The notes beneath the pieces were generated by a model, which saw nothing but the letters and a program-made list of their open reading frames with translations, was not told where the DNA came from and did no database searches. This document shows positions 1-13,652 of a stretch of 64,000 bases of DNA, piece by piece; position 1 is the first letter of the stretch, and each line of letters begins with the position of its first letter. Position numbers and translations under genes: made by a program. The stretch comes from Mobula birostris (Eukaryota), in assembly GCF_030028105.1 (NCBI RefSeq), contig NC_092389.1:22245180-22309179 (forward strand), in the 5' to 3' direction.

Positions 1-38
1 TGCCTGAATTTTAAGGTCTAGTTTGCCAGACTGGATAC

Positions 39-135
39 CTTAATCTCTTTGGGGTAAAATAGAAGCATAGAGCTTTGCTTTCTTCATGTTTAATTGGAGG
101 CTTGAGGATTGGATTATTTGGCTTGGAAACCTCAT
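39..135 (-). CDS. Candidate internal exon of an unidentified minus-strand host gene (xEVSKPNNPILKPPIKHEESKALCFYFTPKRLx)
   Basis: Minus strand reads tattgtaattttcag|ATGAGG...GATTAAG|gtatcc. It is 97 nt and only one frame (phase 1 to phase 2) is open across it. The sequence is not repeat-like. Protein not recognised. Confidence 0.55.
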
Positions 136-1988
136 CTGAAAATTACAATAAAACAAACTGCCATCCAGAGGTGGTTTCCCTGAAGATAAATCTCTCCACG
201 ATTTCCAATGGCCTTCCTTCATCATTCCAAAATCATAATCCCAGAACTCTTTCTCCAAGAGACCTACACACATCACCACCAGATGGTTGCTCAACAAGGG
301 AAAATAAAATGGAAGTAATGAGCTTCAGGGAAGTAATAGTTGTGTGATTCTGTGAAATCTGTAACTGACAAGCAATCCAGTTAAAGTGAAAGGCTCTTAC
401 TTTACACATCATTTTCCCCAAATTATTAACAAAGGTTTAAAAAAACCAATACGTTATGGATGAACGTATCTGTGCTATATAGCTCGACGATTAATTATAG
501 TTTAACTAAATAATACCTATCAGTATTTGAAGGAAGTTTTACATACAAAGTTCACATAATGCTATCTAGTACATAATAATGCAGTTCCGCCCACCTTCTA
601 TAGTATTGACCTGAGCAGTACAGTATTTTCAGTAGAAGTACATGGATAATGTATAAAGAAAAGAATCAAACAGACTGAAATATATATACTCAAAAGAGAC
701 TCCACTAGTTAGTAATTCATAATGTTTTCAATCCCAAGAATATCTTGCTCTGAACTCTCAGTCACAGAAGGAACTGTGTCTCAACATCTCAAAAAGTGCG
801 GACATTTATTGCCACTATTATCACAAAATATTACGCTAAGCTCACAGCAACCTCATTTTGTTATGCAAACAATTTGAATCCACATCATCAGTAATAATTA
901 AATCAGCTTCCATAGTGTTATATTAGCTAATAACACAAAAGCTTTTTAAACATTTCATGTGTCATCTTTCGGCAGCTAATGAGAATGCCGACCTTGAAAT
1001 TACTGCTCATTTCACGGTCAATCCAGAGCTGGGGTTAATGCAATTCCCATAACAAGGAATACGTTTTTTGTTAATATCTCCAAGTACCTACATCCTGTAA
1101 AATCCAAACAAATATCAACATTCATTCCCACTGTGTCTGTGATATGCCTGATTCAAAACAGCAGGTGTATAGATGGGACTATTATGTTATCTTTTCAGTC
1201 ATGCTTTATACCAAGGTTTATTTAGTAAAAGAGCTAGAAACAAATGAAAATAAAAGCCATTGTTCAGAACAGATCCCTCCAGGATAGTGAATGAAATAGT
1301 TCATTAGAATGTTCATTAAAGCCATTTTACTCCCATATGCAGTCAAGAGGCTTCATCTAATATATTTATGTTACTTAGCTGAATAGACAGCAATTTTTTC
1401 ATAGCTTCAATAATCTGCCCACAACTGAATGGTTCCTTATCTACCTTGACCATACAAAATGGTGCTAATAGAATCCTAAAACTTATTTCTAAGCACTTGG
1501 CAAACCTGCATCCGAGAGGAAAACCCAGGAGTATTAACAACAGAATTAGTGCACATTTAACTATCAAATTATCAAATGCTAACTTGCTCAAAAGCTACCC
1601 ATTGTGTGCTGCCTCTCCAGAAGAACGCTGCTCCTCACCATTTCTCCAGGGCCCCGCACCTTTATTTATTTATTTATAGCGCTGATCCAGTTGCGCTTTA
1701 AATGCCACAGTTGAATCCTTCACAACCATGTTAAATCATATGCTCTTATGGGCACAATGGTAGCAGAGTAGTTAAATTACTGGGCTGATAATCTGGGTGA
1801 GCAACTCAGAGATGAGTGTCAAATCCCATGATGACAGTTGGAATTTTTTTTTAAAAAGTTCATCAATATTGATAAGCAGTGATGTTACAGTCTCCACTTA
1901 CATAGTTAGTGCAGCACCATCAGTGCTCATTGAGTTTTACACTATCCAAGACAAAGCAGTTATCTTGACTAGAATCACATTCGCTATC

Positions 1989-2230
1989 TTAGACCCAAGA
2001 GACTCTGTACATGCTGGAAATCTTGAGCAACACACACAAAACACTGGAAGTACTCAGCAGGTCAGTCAGCATCTATGGAGGGAAATAAACAACCAACATT
2101 TTAGGCCAAAACCATTCAGGATATGATCAAGTCCTGAAGTTGTGTCTTGGCCCAGAACATCAACTGCTCATTTCCCTCCATAAACTCTGCCTGACCTGCT
2201 GAGCTCCTCCAGTATTTTGTTGTGTTGCCT
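1989..2230. mobile_element. Short self-inverted Penelope-like (pLTR) insertion
   Basis: Two oppositely oriented copies of the repeat end, with degenerate hammerhead cores in the centre. 10-bp TSD attcgctatc at 1979-1988 and 2231-2240. Confidence 0.75.
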
Positions 2231-2454
2231 ATTCGCTATCATACTTATCCCTCTTGTCGCGCACTGTCATAAAACTAATGGATTCCAACGAGAGTTCCAT
2301 CTGATTCATCAATTCTCTTTAATGAAGAGTGACAATTATTTTCAGTTGGTGTGGCTAACATGCAATTTCCATACTCGATTTACAGCTCCTCCAGATCAAC
2401 TGCAAAAGGGTGATGCCCTCACCCCTCTCTCTCTCTCCCTGTCACCTTTATCAG

Positions 2455-3070
2455 CATAACACACAAAATGCCAGAGGACCTCAGCAAGTCATCTATGGAG
2501 GTGAATAAACAGTTGACATTTTGGGCTGAGACCCTTCATCAGGACTAGAAATGAAGAGGGAAAAAGCCAGAATAAGAAGCTAGAAGGAGAGGAACTACAA
2601 GCGGGCAGGTGATAGGTGAGACCAGGTGAGGTGGGGGAGGGTGAAGTGAGAAGCTGGAAGGTGATAGATGCAAGAGGTAAAGGGCTGATGAAGAAAAAAA
2701 AACCTGAAATGAGGGGAAAGTGGACTATGGGAGCAAGGGAGCAATTACCATAAGGGGGGGGGGTGAAATTACCATAAGTTCGAGAAATTGATGTTCATGC
2801 CATCAGGTTGGAGGCTACCCAATGGAATATAAGGTGTTGCTCCTCTAACCTGAGTGTAGCCTCATCATAACAGTAGAGAAGGCCGAGGACTGACATATCA
2901 GAATGGGAATGTGAAAAATGGGAAGTATCAGCACTCTTGGTCACCGCCTTGTCCCATTTTTCTCCTTTCTTTTCCCTGCAACTTAATTTCCTAACTTTGG
3001 TCAGAGCCATTACCTCTGTTCATCTCTCCCTACATGCTGTCTGATTTGCTCAGCATTACCATAATTTTCT
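2455..3070 (-). mobile_element. Penelope-like element 3' fragment (GIY-YIG endonuclease C-terminus plus pLTR)
   Basis: ORF 2795-3010 encodes HSHSDMSVLGLLYCYDEATLRLEEQHLIF, PLE endonuclease C-terminus-like. It is followed by a pyrimidine-rich tract and a decayed hammerhead at about 2510-2546. Confidence 0.75.
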
Positions 3071-3447
3071 ATTTTAATTGCAGAGCTGTAGCACCACTCA
3101 AAATCATACAACAAAGTATCAATGGAATGCTTACCTTTAGAAAAAATAACTTAATACATACATGTATGAAATAATCACATGATTAAACTAAAAATCTGCC
3201 ATCTGCTACCACATAGGTTTGTGAGGAATGGCGTAATATTATTCCATTGATCCAGAAATCATCTCCTTCACTGGGTAGGCTCCAGAAGGTTTCAATTGGC
3301 TTCAATACCACATGGATAGATAAAGTAAAAATAGTGAAAGTCACCAAGATCACTATTCCTTGTGTTTAGCCAATATTTACCACCAGGACTATGAGAAAGG
3401 GAAAGCAGCAGAGCTGCAATACCATTATCCATTTCATGAAATTTTGA

Positions 3448-3668
3448 GTGGCATGGTAACGTAACAGGTAGCTAACACTATTACAGTGTCAGCAACCCAG
3501 GTTCAATTCCTCCACTGTCTGTAAGGGGTTTACACGTTCACCATAGTGACTGTGTGGGTTTCCTCCAACATACCAAAGGTGTGCAGGTTAGTAGGTTAAT
3601 TGGTCACATAATTGGCCGGCGTGGGCTCAGTGAACAAGAGGGTCCTGTTACTGTGCTGTATGTCTAAT
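3448..3668 (+). mobile_element. tRNA-derived SINE (V-SINE/HE1-like)
   Basis: B-box-like ggttcaattcc, core gtctgtaaggggtttacacgttc...gtgggtttcctcc, and a CR1-like 3' tail. Confidence 0.65.
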
Positions 3669-3811
3669 ACACACATCTCCCCATTCTGTATATGCTGACT
3701 CTTCAAACTATAATCTTCCCCAAACCCACCAGTAATATTCACTGGAATCTCAACACACAAACTGCTCTCCAGCTTGGTGCTCTACCAGCCAGGAACCTCC
3801 ACTCTGAGCAA

Positions 3812-4170
3812 CGTATAAGATGATGAGAGAAGCATTGATCGTGTGGATAGCCAGAGGCTTTTTCTCAGGGCAGAAGCGGCTAAGACGAGGGGGCATAGTT
3901 TTAAGGTGCTTGGAAGTAGGTACAAGGGGGATGTCAGAGGTATGTTTTCCACACAGAGAGTGGTGAGTGTGTGGAATGCTCTGCCAGCAAAGCTGGTAGA
4001 GGCAGACACAAAAAAAAGTGTCTTTTAAGAGACTCTTAGATAGGTACATGGAGCTTAGAAAAATAGAGGCCTATGTGGTAGGGAAATTCTAGGCTGTTTT
4101 TAGACTAGGTTACATAGTTGGCACAACATTGTGGGCTGAGGGGCCTGTAATGTGCTGTAGGTTTCTATAT
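3812..4170 (+). mobile_element. CR1 LINE 3' fragment
   Basis: Encodes TRGHSFKV...FSTQRVVSVWNALP, the CR1 ORF2 C-terminus, followed by the CR1 3' UTR. Confidence 0.85.
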
Positions 4171-5489
4171 TTCACCCCTATCTCTGTCTCTCAAATACAT
4201 TGGGAGGTGAGAGAGGGAAATCACAAGTGTTGACTCATACCGTATCTCAAGATCCCATGGAATCATTTATGAAGATATCCAAGTCATCTCCTAATTCTAA
4301 AGTAACTGCTTATTACTGTCGGAAAAAAAAACTTCTCTGCATAAATGTTCATGTTTTAAAGAAAAATGACAAGCCATTACATATTTACGTGGCCCCAACT
4401 ATTCACTCGATAGATTATGTACAACCAAAGACAGATTCTGCAATAGAAGTATTTAAGAAACTCTCACTCACCTCTCACCCTCCTATATATTATTGATGAG
4501 TCTTACTGTATTCACTGCAGAGTTAATGAATTCTCATCTTAAATTCTAATCCTATGTATTAACATAGTTATGAAGTTCATAGCAACAATGCAATATTACT
4601 GTGGAATCCAGTCATTCATGACTTAAGCACAATAGGTTTTTGTCTGTAAAACATCAAATTTCAATTTGATTAGCAAGTTCATTTTGATCTTGGAGAGAAG
4701 TTGCTTTTATTACACTGCTGTTCAGTGGACTGCAACACATCAAGTTTAAACTCTGTGTTGAGCATATAAATTAACAAGGGCAAGCTGCTAGGGTGTTGAA
4801 TATCTAACCTTCCAACTATCAGCTTCAAACCTATTAGACAAGTTAAAGAAAGGCCTCTAGGGAGTGTAGGAATGAATCAGTCGAAACCGAAATCTTGTTA
4901 TTTTCCACATTCGTAGAAAATATAATGTCAGTTAAAAAAAAAACAAGCAACTTTTCTCTGTTGCGCCACACTGGACCTTGCTGGCTTATCGCCTGCAGTT
5001 CTGACCTGAAAATTAATTTGGAAGGCTAAATTAGTGTACTGAGTAGAGACATTGCACTGGGGAACTACCTCTTGGATTCAGCACCTGGCACACTATGTAA
5101 AATCCCATTGACTTCAAGGAAGACTGTAGGGCATGAATTTAAGAGAAAACAGAAAGAAAGGAACTTTTCTTTCTCATTCTATCTGACATTATTTTCCTAT
5201 ACTGGCCTTCACTAGAACAGGATTTGGAAACAGGAGCAAGGAGGTCTTGCTGTAAGGATTGGAGGAAAGGGGCTTACTTTGCCGTTGCTGCTTGTGTCGT
5301 TCTGCTGAATATTGTAAGCATGCTATGTGACTCTGGAATTTGTGGCGACACTTGCAGGCTGCTGCTAGCACGTCCTATGGTGAATTGGTTGTTAATGCAA
5401 ACAATATTTCACTGTATTTTTTAATGTACATATAAGTTAATCTGAATATGAAGAGACAGGAGCAAGGTTCTCCACATCTGGAAATGGTA

Positions 5490-6621
5490 CAGTGCTGTGC
5501 AAAAGTCTTTAGGCATATACGTATTTTATATGCCCCAGACTTTTGCGCAGTGCTGTAGTAATTTTATGTGTAGCACGTTATAAGGTTTCACTGCTAAGGC
5601 TAATGTAATGGCTTCTATGCAATGTTTCACTGCTAATGTAATGGTTTCTCTGTAACAGCAATGTTTGGGTTATGAATAGAGATAATGGGGCTTTGGAATG
5701 CATGTTATCCAATGGGAGAAATGTTGTTCTTTCTTGTGAGTCTGGAAGAGAGATTTTCACGGTCTTTCATCAGGGAGCAATGGAGAGAGAGGACGCCAAT
5801 GGAGAGATGGAAGACCACCAGACGGAGTGGACTGAGGAGCGAGGGCCTGAGGGCCGACTACGCTTTGAGGTCGACAGGAACAAATGAACAAGCAGTGAGC
5901 TCCAATGATGCGCAACAGACTTTTTCCTTAAAATGGGCCCTTTTACTTTTTATTTTCTTTACTAACCCTCTATCCAGATTATGATTTATAAAGTTCAATC
6001 ATTTAATTGCATATGGTGTACTGTCTGATATTTTGTGGTGCAGATTTGTAACCAGGCAACACATCATGCTGCATCCACACAAACGAGATTTCTCAGTTTG
6101 GCGGGGCCAGAAATTGTTTTCCCCCAGAGGAACCGTTCTGGCCAAGCCTGAGGGTAGGGTTACATATATATTGTACTCTACTGTTGGCACAAAAAAAATC
6201 AAATTTCATGACGTGTGAGTGATGATAAACCTGATTCTGATATGAGTCTCTGTTGTAGACTGAGAGCGGGAAGAGGGCAGAGAGATGGGAATCGTGGTTG
6301 GAAAAAGGGGAAGGGAGAAGAAAGCACTGGAGAGACATTCTATAATAATCAATAAACCAATTGGTTGGAATCAAATGACCTTGCTTGGTGTCTCAGGGTT
6401 GGGGGTGTCTGCACCTGCGCCACCTCCTGCCCCGGTACTCGTCTCTGCCACGTGTCCCACACCACCCCCCCACCCCATGGCGCTACACCCTCACCACTTC
6501 CCAACATCCTTTGCTCCTGCTAGGTTTACAAATTTGCTCTCCGCTTCACATTGACAAATGCAGTACTGTGCAAAAGTCTAAGGCACCCTAGCCATATGTA
6601 TGTGACTTCTGCACAGTACTG
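5490..6621. mobile_element. Non-autonomous Tc1/mariner-type element (MITE) interrupted by a solo LTR
   Basis: TA|cagtgctgtgcaaaagtc...gcacagtactg|TA termini. The same family occurs reversed at about 19514-19990. Confidence 0.7.
5569..6164 (+). mobile_element. Solo LTR nested in the MITE
   Basis: TGTAGC...GTTACA termini with a 4-bp TSD tatg/tata (1 mismatch). The host MITE sequence rejoins across it. Confidence 0.7.
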
Positions 6622-7312
6622 TACATATGCACGTGGAGAGGCTGTGGGGGTGAACATGCGAGAGCCAGCATAAACATTTCCCAGAGGAGAAAATTATGAT
6701 TGTGTCAATGACAATAAGAATGGAGAGAACAAGTGAATTATTTGCAATTATCTTAAGAAATGATGCTGCAAATTACTAACCACCTTATCCAATAAACCTA
6801 GAAACTTGCATTAAAAATGCTAATATTTTCAAGAAAGAAAAACAAGTGATTCGATCAATTATGAAGGGAGAATATGTTTGGAATACGTACACTTCAGACA
6901 TATGTCTGGTGGAAACAAGAACAGATGTCTGTGTTATTGAGATGAAAATACTCAATGGCTCTAAATTTTCTAAAGCAGCAGGAACAAATTGATTTGATGA
7001 TCATTTCCCAACAAAATCTTTTTTCAGAGGAGATTACAACCAATCAGTGCATGCAACGAAATTCTGTAACAGAACTCACTCAGTACATTTAATGTTAGTA
7101 AAATCTTTGTGACAAGTGAATGCACCGATTTATTTCAATATACTGAATATTTTTTTTTTGTTTGGGATCCAATCTGACTCATTATTTTGATCTGAATCTC
7201 ACTCTGTTCATGAAGTGGCATCTTCATTGTTCTACTCAGACTAAGATGTACATAGAAAACTACAAAAAAATGTCAATAAGCACAGAGTCCAATATCACAA
7301 AATACTGAGTTA

Positions 7313-8931
7313 AAGTGGTATGCAAAAGTTTGGGCACCCCAGTCAAAATTTCTGTTACTGTGAATAGCTAAGCAAGTAAAAGATAGCCTGATTTCCAAAA
7401 GGCATAAAGTTAAAGATGACACATTTCTTTAATATCTTAAGCAAGATTTTTTTAAATTTCTATCTTTCACAGTTGCAAAATATCAGAAAAGGTACAGGGC
7501 CCGAAGCAAAAGTTTGGGCACCCTGCATGGTCAGTACTTAGTAACACCTCCTTTGGCAAGTATCACAGCTTGTAAATGCTTTCTGTAGCCAGCTAATAGT
7601 CTTTCAATTCTTGTTTGGGGGATTTTCGCCCATTCTTCCTTGCAAAAGGCTCCAAGTTCTGTGAGATTCTTGGGCCGTCTTGCATGCACTGCTCTTTTGA
7701 GATTTATCCACAGATTTTCGATGATGTTTAGGTTGGGGGACTGTGAGGGCCATGGCAAAACCTTCAGCTTGCATCTCTTGAGGTAGTCCATTGTGGATTT
7801 TGAGGTGTGCTTCGGATTATTATCCTGTTGTAGAAGCCATCCTCTTTTCATTTTCAGCTTATTTTTTTTTTTTTTACAGATGGTGTGATGTGTGCTTCCA
7901 GAATTTGCTGGTATTTAATTGAATTCATTCTTCCCTCTACCAGTGAAATGTTCCCCGCGTCACTGGCTGCAACACAAGCCCAAAGCATGATCAACCCACC
8001 CCCATGCTTAACAGTTGGAGAGGTGTTCTTTTCGTGAAATTCTGCACCCTTTTTGCTCCAAACATACCTTTGCTTATTGTGGCCAAAAAGTTCTATTTTA
8101 ACTTCATCAGTCCACAGGACTTGTTTCCAAAATGCATCAGGCTTGTTTAGATGTTCCTTTGCAAACTTCTGACGCTGAATTTTGTGGGGAGGATGCAGGA
8201 AAGATTTTATTCTGATGACTCTTCCATGAAGGTCATATTTGTGCAGGTGTCGCTGCACACTAGAACAGTGCACCGCCACTCCAGAGTCTGCTAAATCTTC
8301 CTGAAGGTCTTTTGCAGTCAAACGGGAGCTTTGATTTGCCTTTCTAGCAATCCTACGAGAGGTTCTCTCAGAAAGTTTTCTTGGTCTTACAGACCTCAAC
8401 TTGACCTCCACTGTTCTTGTTAAGTGCCATTTCTTAATTAGATTATGAACTGAGGAAACAGCTACCTGAAAACACTTTGCTATCTTCTTCTAGCCTTCTC
8501 CTGCTTTGTGGGCATCATTTATTTTAATTTTCAGAGTGCTAGACAGCTGCTTAGAGGAGCCCATGGCTGCTGATTGTTGGGACAAGGTTTGAGGAGTCAG
8601 GGTATTTATAAAGCTTTGAAATTTGCATCACCTGGCCTTTCCTAATGATGACTGTGAATAAGCCAAAGCCCTAACAAGCTAATTAAGGTCTGAGACCTTG
8701 GTAAAAGTTATCTGAGCTCAAATCTCTTGGGGTGCCCAAACTTTTACATGGTGCTCCTTTCCTTTTTTTCCACTCTAAAATTGTACAAAACAAAAATAAT
8801 ACACTAATCTTGCTTAAAATGTTGAAAAGAATGTTTCATCTTTAACTTTGACTTTTGGAGATCAGTTCATCTTCTACTCACTTAACTATTCACAGTAACA
8901 GAAATTTTGACCAAACTTTTGCATGGCACTG
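7313..8931 (-). mobile_element. Near full-length Tc1 (DD34E) transposon with IR/DR termini
   Basis: TA flanks at 7311-7312 and 8932-8933. Inverted repeats of about 210 bp, with the internal direct repeat caaaagtttgggcaccc (about 7323 and 7507; reverse copy about 8730). Confidence 0.92.
7531..8564 (-). pseudogene. Tc1 transposase pseudogene
   Basis: ATG at 8562-8564 (MGSSKQLS...). Motifs WTDEVKIELFG, TVKHGGG, QQDNNPKH, WPSQSPNLNIIENLW and KGGVTKY*. In-frame stops and a frameshift at the poly-T run near 7862-7875. Confidence 0.92.
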
Positions 8932-9261
8932 TATATTGCATACGTTATTCTCACAGGAAAGTGTTTCAATATTGGAAATATAAGTGCCATATTGAAACTC
9001 ACACGAAGATTTTATTTGAAATATCAACTTCATATATTATGTAAAATTATGGAGTATAATTTTTAAAGATGTGTTAACCAGTTTCACAGTAGTACAAAGG
9101 TATAATAACTAATGAGTGAATGTCACCAATTAAATTTTGAGCTTAATTTTTTTCATGAAAATCAGAATCATAACTTCCAAGATTAGACAGAGGTTGATGA
9201 AAATCAAAGGAACCATCCAGAAAATATCCAAGGAACTTCAAAGACAACATGTCTAAAAATC

Positions 9262-10070
9262 AAAAAACTGCAGAAGCTGGAGTTCTGAAATAAAAAGAGT
9301 AAATGCTAGAAAATATCGCAGTCAGCCAGCTTCCATCTGAGGAAAAAAAAAATATTCAGGTCAAAGACCCTTTGATCAATATTTCCTATCTTTATTGTAC
9401 ATTTATTATGTAAAGGAAATACAGAAATTGCTGGACACACTCTGCAGGTGAGGAAGAATCATTAGGGGAGCGATTGTGTTAATGTCTCTATTTGCTGTCC
9501 TTCCACTGGCCACTTATGGAAATGCAGAGACTGGGAAAGGAGTAAGGAAGAAAAAAAGATGGGGGGGGAGTGAAAGAAAAGAAAGGGAGGAGAGTAGTGA
9601 AAGCATGAAGGGTAGGAGGAATACAGAGAGCAGAAGGTGAAAGTGGGAGATAATAGGACACTTAAAAAGAACAAATAAAATGTCAAATATGGGGTTGTAA
9701 ATAATTACAGTAGGCAGATTGAGGAAGGAAATGCAGTCAGAAGAAACTACTAACTGTGGTGTGAAATTATTATATCACTTTCAGCTTTGGACTGGCAATT
9801 TTTGTGTTAGAACCTGTTTTACCTCTGCTTTTTTGTAGAGTTGGATTATAAGACATTACAGTCAAAGAAGTTTAATATTATCTCAATTACTCCATTATTT
9901 CACCCTATCAGAGGAATTCCCTTTACTCCACCATCATCCTCCCCCAACTTCTCTGCAGCTAGATGAACTAGTTTATCACTTTCACATTTCTGAACAAGAG
10001 TTTTGGAACTCTTTCAAAAGCTTCCACATCATCTTTGGAAAGAGAATTTTTCCAACATTTTTTGTTTTTA
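9262..10070. mobile_element. Old degraded Penelope-like pLTR copies
   Basis: Diverged aactgcagaagctgg...aatgctagaaa ends and purine-rich tracts resembling the younger PLE copies. Confidence 0.45.
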
Positions 10071-10789
10071 CCCAACATGGCAACAGCCAGTAATTGCATC
10101 ATGTGCCTCGGTCCCACAAGACTTTTGTGATAACAAATAGATAAAACATAATACTGTCCACCTTAGATCATATCAAACAGCTTCTGAATTCCTTTATTGT
10201 TATTATATATGAAGTGCAGCAATTAATTCACACAGAGCAAAGCTTGAACCCAGTTATGTTTGAATAACTGCATAACCCGCTTTGTTTTTAATGCTGCTCA
10301 AAGTACAAATGTTGACTGGAGCGTCAGTGATAGCCCACTATTATTCTAATGTGTGATATTGAACATAGTTATTAGTATAGTTTTTGTTATTTATCCTTAA
10401 AATGATCCATCAATAGAAATAAACATTGACTTTACCACCATTAGAATGTCAGAAATTACTAATTTGTAAAGAGCAGGAATTTCAATGTAACCATTTCTGA
10501 TTGATTTTTTTTGAGTGATCAGATGATAATTCAGAATAACTGTCAAGATCTGAATTATGGAGGATGCAATGGGTACAGTAACAGTAGCTAAATTTCTGGA
10601 ATTGCATCTAGAGGCATAAGCCATTAATCCAGAGACATAGCCAAGAGTATAAGGGCCCTCAGTCCAGCTCCGCTATTCAATACAATCATGGTGAATCAAT
10701 TACCTCAAGAAATTAAATAAAGTTTAGCATTTCGACAAAGAAAATCCGCCTTATAAGAAAATCTGATGTATTTATCCAGTCTGTTCTGA

Positions 10790-11114
10790 AACACGGAGCA
10801 TTGAACAGTACAATGAAGAAACAGGTCACTTACCCAAGATGGCTGTACTAACCATGTTGCCATATTAAAAACTAATCACATCTGCCTACACAGTTTCCTC
10901 TATTTCTTTCAGGTTAATTTGCGAGTCCAAATACCTCATCAATGCCACTAGTATGTCTGCATACATCACTACACCTGAAATCGTGGTGCAGACATCCTCC
11001 ACTGTCTGCATAAAAACTTGCCCTGCACATCTCCTTTAAACACCTCCCAGATGTATGTCTCTAATAATTGTCTGAACTTCTATCCGTTCTTCCCTCAGCT
11101 CCTGACAAAAACAA
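10790..11114 (-). mobile_element. Degraded CR1 3' fragment
   Basis: Reverse of the CR1 tail and C-terminal coding region (...gcacatctcctttaaac...). Confidence 0.5.
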
Positions 11115-11125
11115 TCCAAGTCTGA

Positions 11126-11333
11126 TCAAAAACAGGAGAAAATCTGCAGATACTGAAAATCCAAAGCAACACACACAAAATGCTGGAGGAATTCAGCCGG
11201 CCAGGCAGCACCTCTGGGGGGGAAAAAGTAAACAGTTGACAGTTTGAGCTGAGACTCATCAGTCCTGATGAAAGGACTTGGCCTGAAATGTTGACTGTTA
11301 CTCTTTTCCATGGTACTGCCTGGCCTGCTGAGT
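11126..11333. mobile_element. Short self-inverted Penelope-like insertion with hammerhead motif
   Basis: 11-bp TSD tccaagtctga at 11115-11125 and 11334-11344. Inverted arms, with cagtc-CTGATGA...GAAA-tgtt-gactg at 11260-11297. Confidence 0.8.
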
Positions 11334-11477
11334 TCCAAGTCTGACTAACTTCTTCTGAAAGCCAAAATGGTCAATTTGCAAGAGCTAGATGCTTGACTCT
11401 TAATTGCCCCTGAAAAATAGCAGAGTAATTTGAGCTGGACAATAAATCCCAGTCTTGCCACCAACTTTCCAACCACA

Positions 11478-12022
11478 TTCAACCAGACCACTATTGAGTG
11501 TGTCTTGACCAGCTCCAACACCATCTGGTATGGGAATTGCAAGGTATTTAACCACAAGACCCTGCAAAGGATTGTGAAGACTGCTGAGAGAATCATCGGG
11601 TTCTCTGTCTTCCTGCCCCCATCCAGCACAAGTGCCATGTTTGCAGAGCGCTCTTCATTTTCAAGGACCCTTCCTATCTGTCCCACAATCTCTTTGACCT
11701 TCTACTGTCATGCCATAAGAACAAGGATTGTTTGGCAGGGTAATAGTTTCTTCCCCCCATGCTATGAGACTTCTGAATATCCTGCTCCCACCCAGTACAC
11801 AGTATGTATGACAGCACCGGTCACATTATACCATTGATATTTAACTATATATTGAATATGCATTTCATCAACCTGTACATCTGCAGAATATTTTTTTTAT
11901 TTGTTTATATTATGATATTATTTTATGGGCTGTATGTGCTACATACTGTGTTTTCCACCTTGGTCCCAGAGGAATGTTGTCTTGTTTAGCTATATATATG
12001 CATATGGTTGAATGATAACCCT
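11478..12022 (+). mobile_element. Rex1/Babar-like LINE 3' fragment
   Basis: Encodes TTIECVLTSSNTIWYGNC...LQRIVKTAERIIG, typical of the C-terminus of this LINE group. Confidence 0.75.
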
Positions 12023-13119
12023 GAACATCCACAGCCAATGATTCAATGAATCATTTCAAAGATAAACAGTTGAATGGAAAAATGCATGCTATTTGAAAGC
12101 TGTAATAAAATGGAGAACTATACCAAAGAAATTTCACAGCAACAGTCTCCATTTATGACAGAATTCTGTCATGTTTTCTTACAAACTGAACCTGAAACAT
12201 GGACATACCTTTGCACAGAGGGGTCAAACCCAGAGGTTGAATTCAGAATTTTTTTTTTTTTTTTTTTTTTATTTTTTTGCGCGCACAGAGGATTGCAAAT
12301 TCTGGAATTCTTGCCTCAAGAAGCTAAACATACTCAACCATCAAAGGAATTCAAGGGCAAATCAAATGGAGCTGAGAATCTGGTGTTGATATTGAAGCTG
12401 AATTGGTGGAAAAGTGAAGATGTATGATCATTTCCTGCTCATATCTCCTCTCTGAGCTCAACTTCCATCACTTACCTCAGCTTCTTAAACAATTAAACAT
12501 GGACAGTTTTAAATCTTGCTTTGTGGAGGTCAGCCTGATTGCTCAAAGCTGAACTAGTTTACTGGTACAGTAATATTTGATTACCTTGTGCAAATAGCAA
12601 ACATTGTACATCATCTGCAAACAGTGATTACGGTTCTCCTTCACAGTAAATTGGAGTGGATATATAGGCCTGAACAGATGGCACAGGAACATCAAACTGA
12701 AGAGAGGAAACCGGCAGCTCATCCAGTGTTCAAAACATTGAAAATTATATCCCAGCACATATGTCTGGTCATCCATAATGAAACCATTTCCCCTTTTCTG
12801 AGGCTTTCCTCTGCTTTTATCTTTTGTTGGCACAATTCAGCTGTGCTTGGCACTGCTTACACCATTGCAAGGTCTGATCATCTGGATGGAAGCAAAATCA
12901 ATGGAAAATACTTCCAACTAGAACAAAGTCTTCTCCAGAAATAATGAAACACTTGAAATCTTGTCCTTTTCAGTGCTTTATTCTTGCACACACAAATTTA
13001 TATCTACTCTGAGTTTTGTTTGCCTCAGTAATTGATAATTACGTCTAATTGCCTGACGAAAACAACAACAATATCAATGTACAAAAATCCAAACAGCTTC
13101 AAAAACAAAAAAAAAGTTT

Positions 13120-13285
13120 TTTTAATGAGGTGAATGCATTTATCCATTCTGGTTCAGGAGCCTGATGGCTGAAGGGTTCTGAACTTGGTGTTGTGGGATC
13201 TAAGGCTCCTGTACCTCCTTCCTGATGGCAACAGTGAGAAGACAGCATGGCCTGGATGGTTGGGTCCATGATGATAGATTTCCAA
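13120..13285 (-). mobile_element. Rex1/Babar-like LINE fragment
   Basis: Encodes HPGHAVFSLLPSGRRYRSLRSHNTKFR. Confidence 0.7.
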
Positions 13286-13437
13286 CATTGAATCAAAAGA
13301 TTTTGGGTCTCTTAAAGTATGGGAAAACCCATGGAAATGCAATTGTTCAAGTGTTACTGTTGAGCCAGTCTCAAGGGTAATTAACGTTGGATGCAACTCT
13401 ACACAAAATTTCCTACCACTGCTAACTACAATAAAAC

Positions 13438-13652
13438 AGGGCAGAACTGTAGCAGTGCCAACAAACTGGGCTCAATTACACCCTTGTCTGTAAGGAATTT
13501 GCACACTCTCCCCATAAACATGCAAGTTTCTTCCGCATGCTCCGGTTTCTCCCCACATTCCAAAGATGTACAGGTTAGTAGGTTAATTGGTCACATAGAC
13601 GTCTTTGGGCCAGAAGAGCCTGTTACTGTGCTGTATCTATAAATTAATAAAA
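13438..13652 (+). mobile_element. tRNA-derived SINE (V-SINE-like)
   Basis: Core tgctccggtttctccccacattccaaagatgtacaggttagtaggttaattgg with a CR1-like tail. Confidence 0.7.

Noticed and set aside
3448-3530. tRNA-like A/B-box sequence
   Set aside because: It is the head of a SINE, with no cloverleaf and a SINE body downstream.
12543-12944. Overlapping ORFs and a possible 30-nt minus-strand exon (DVQCLLFAQ)
   Set aside because: No recognisable protein. The splice signals could arise by chance.
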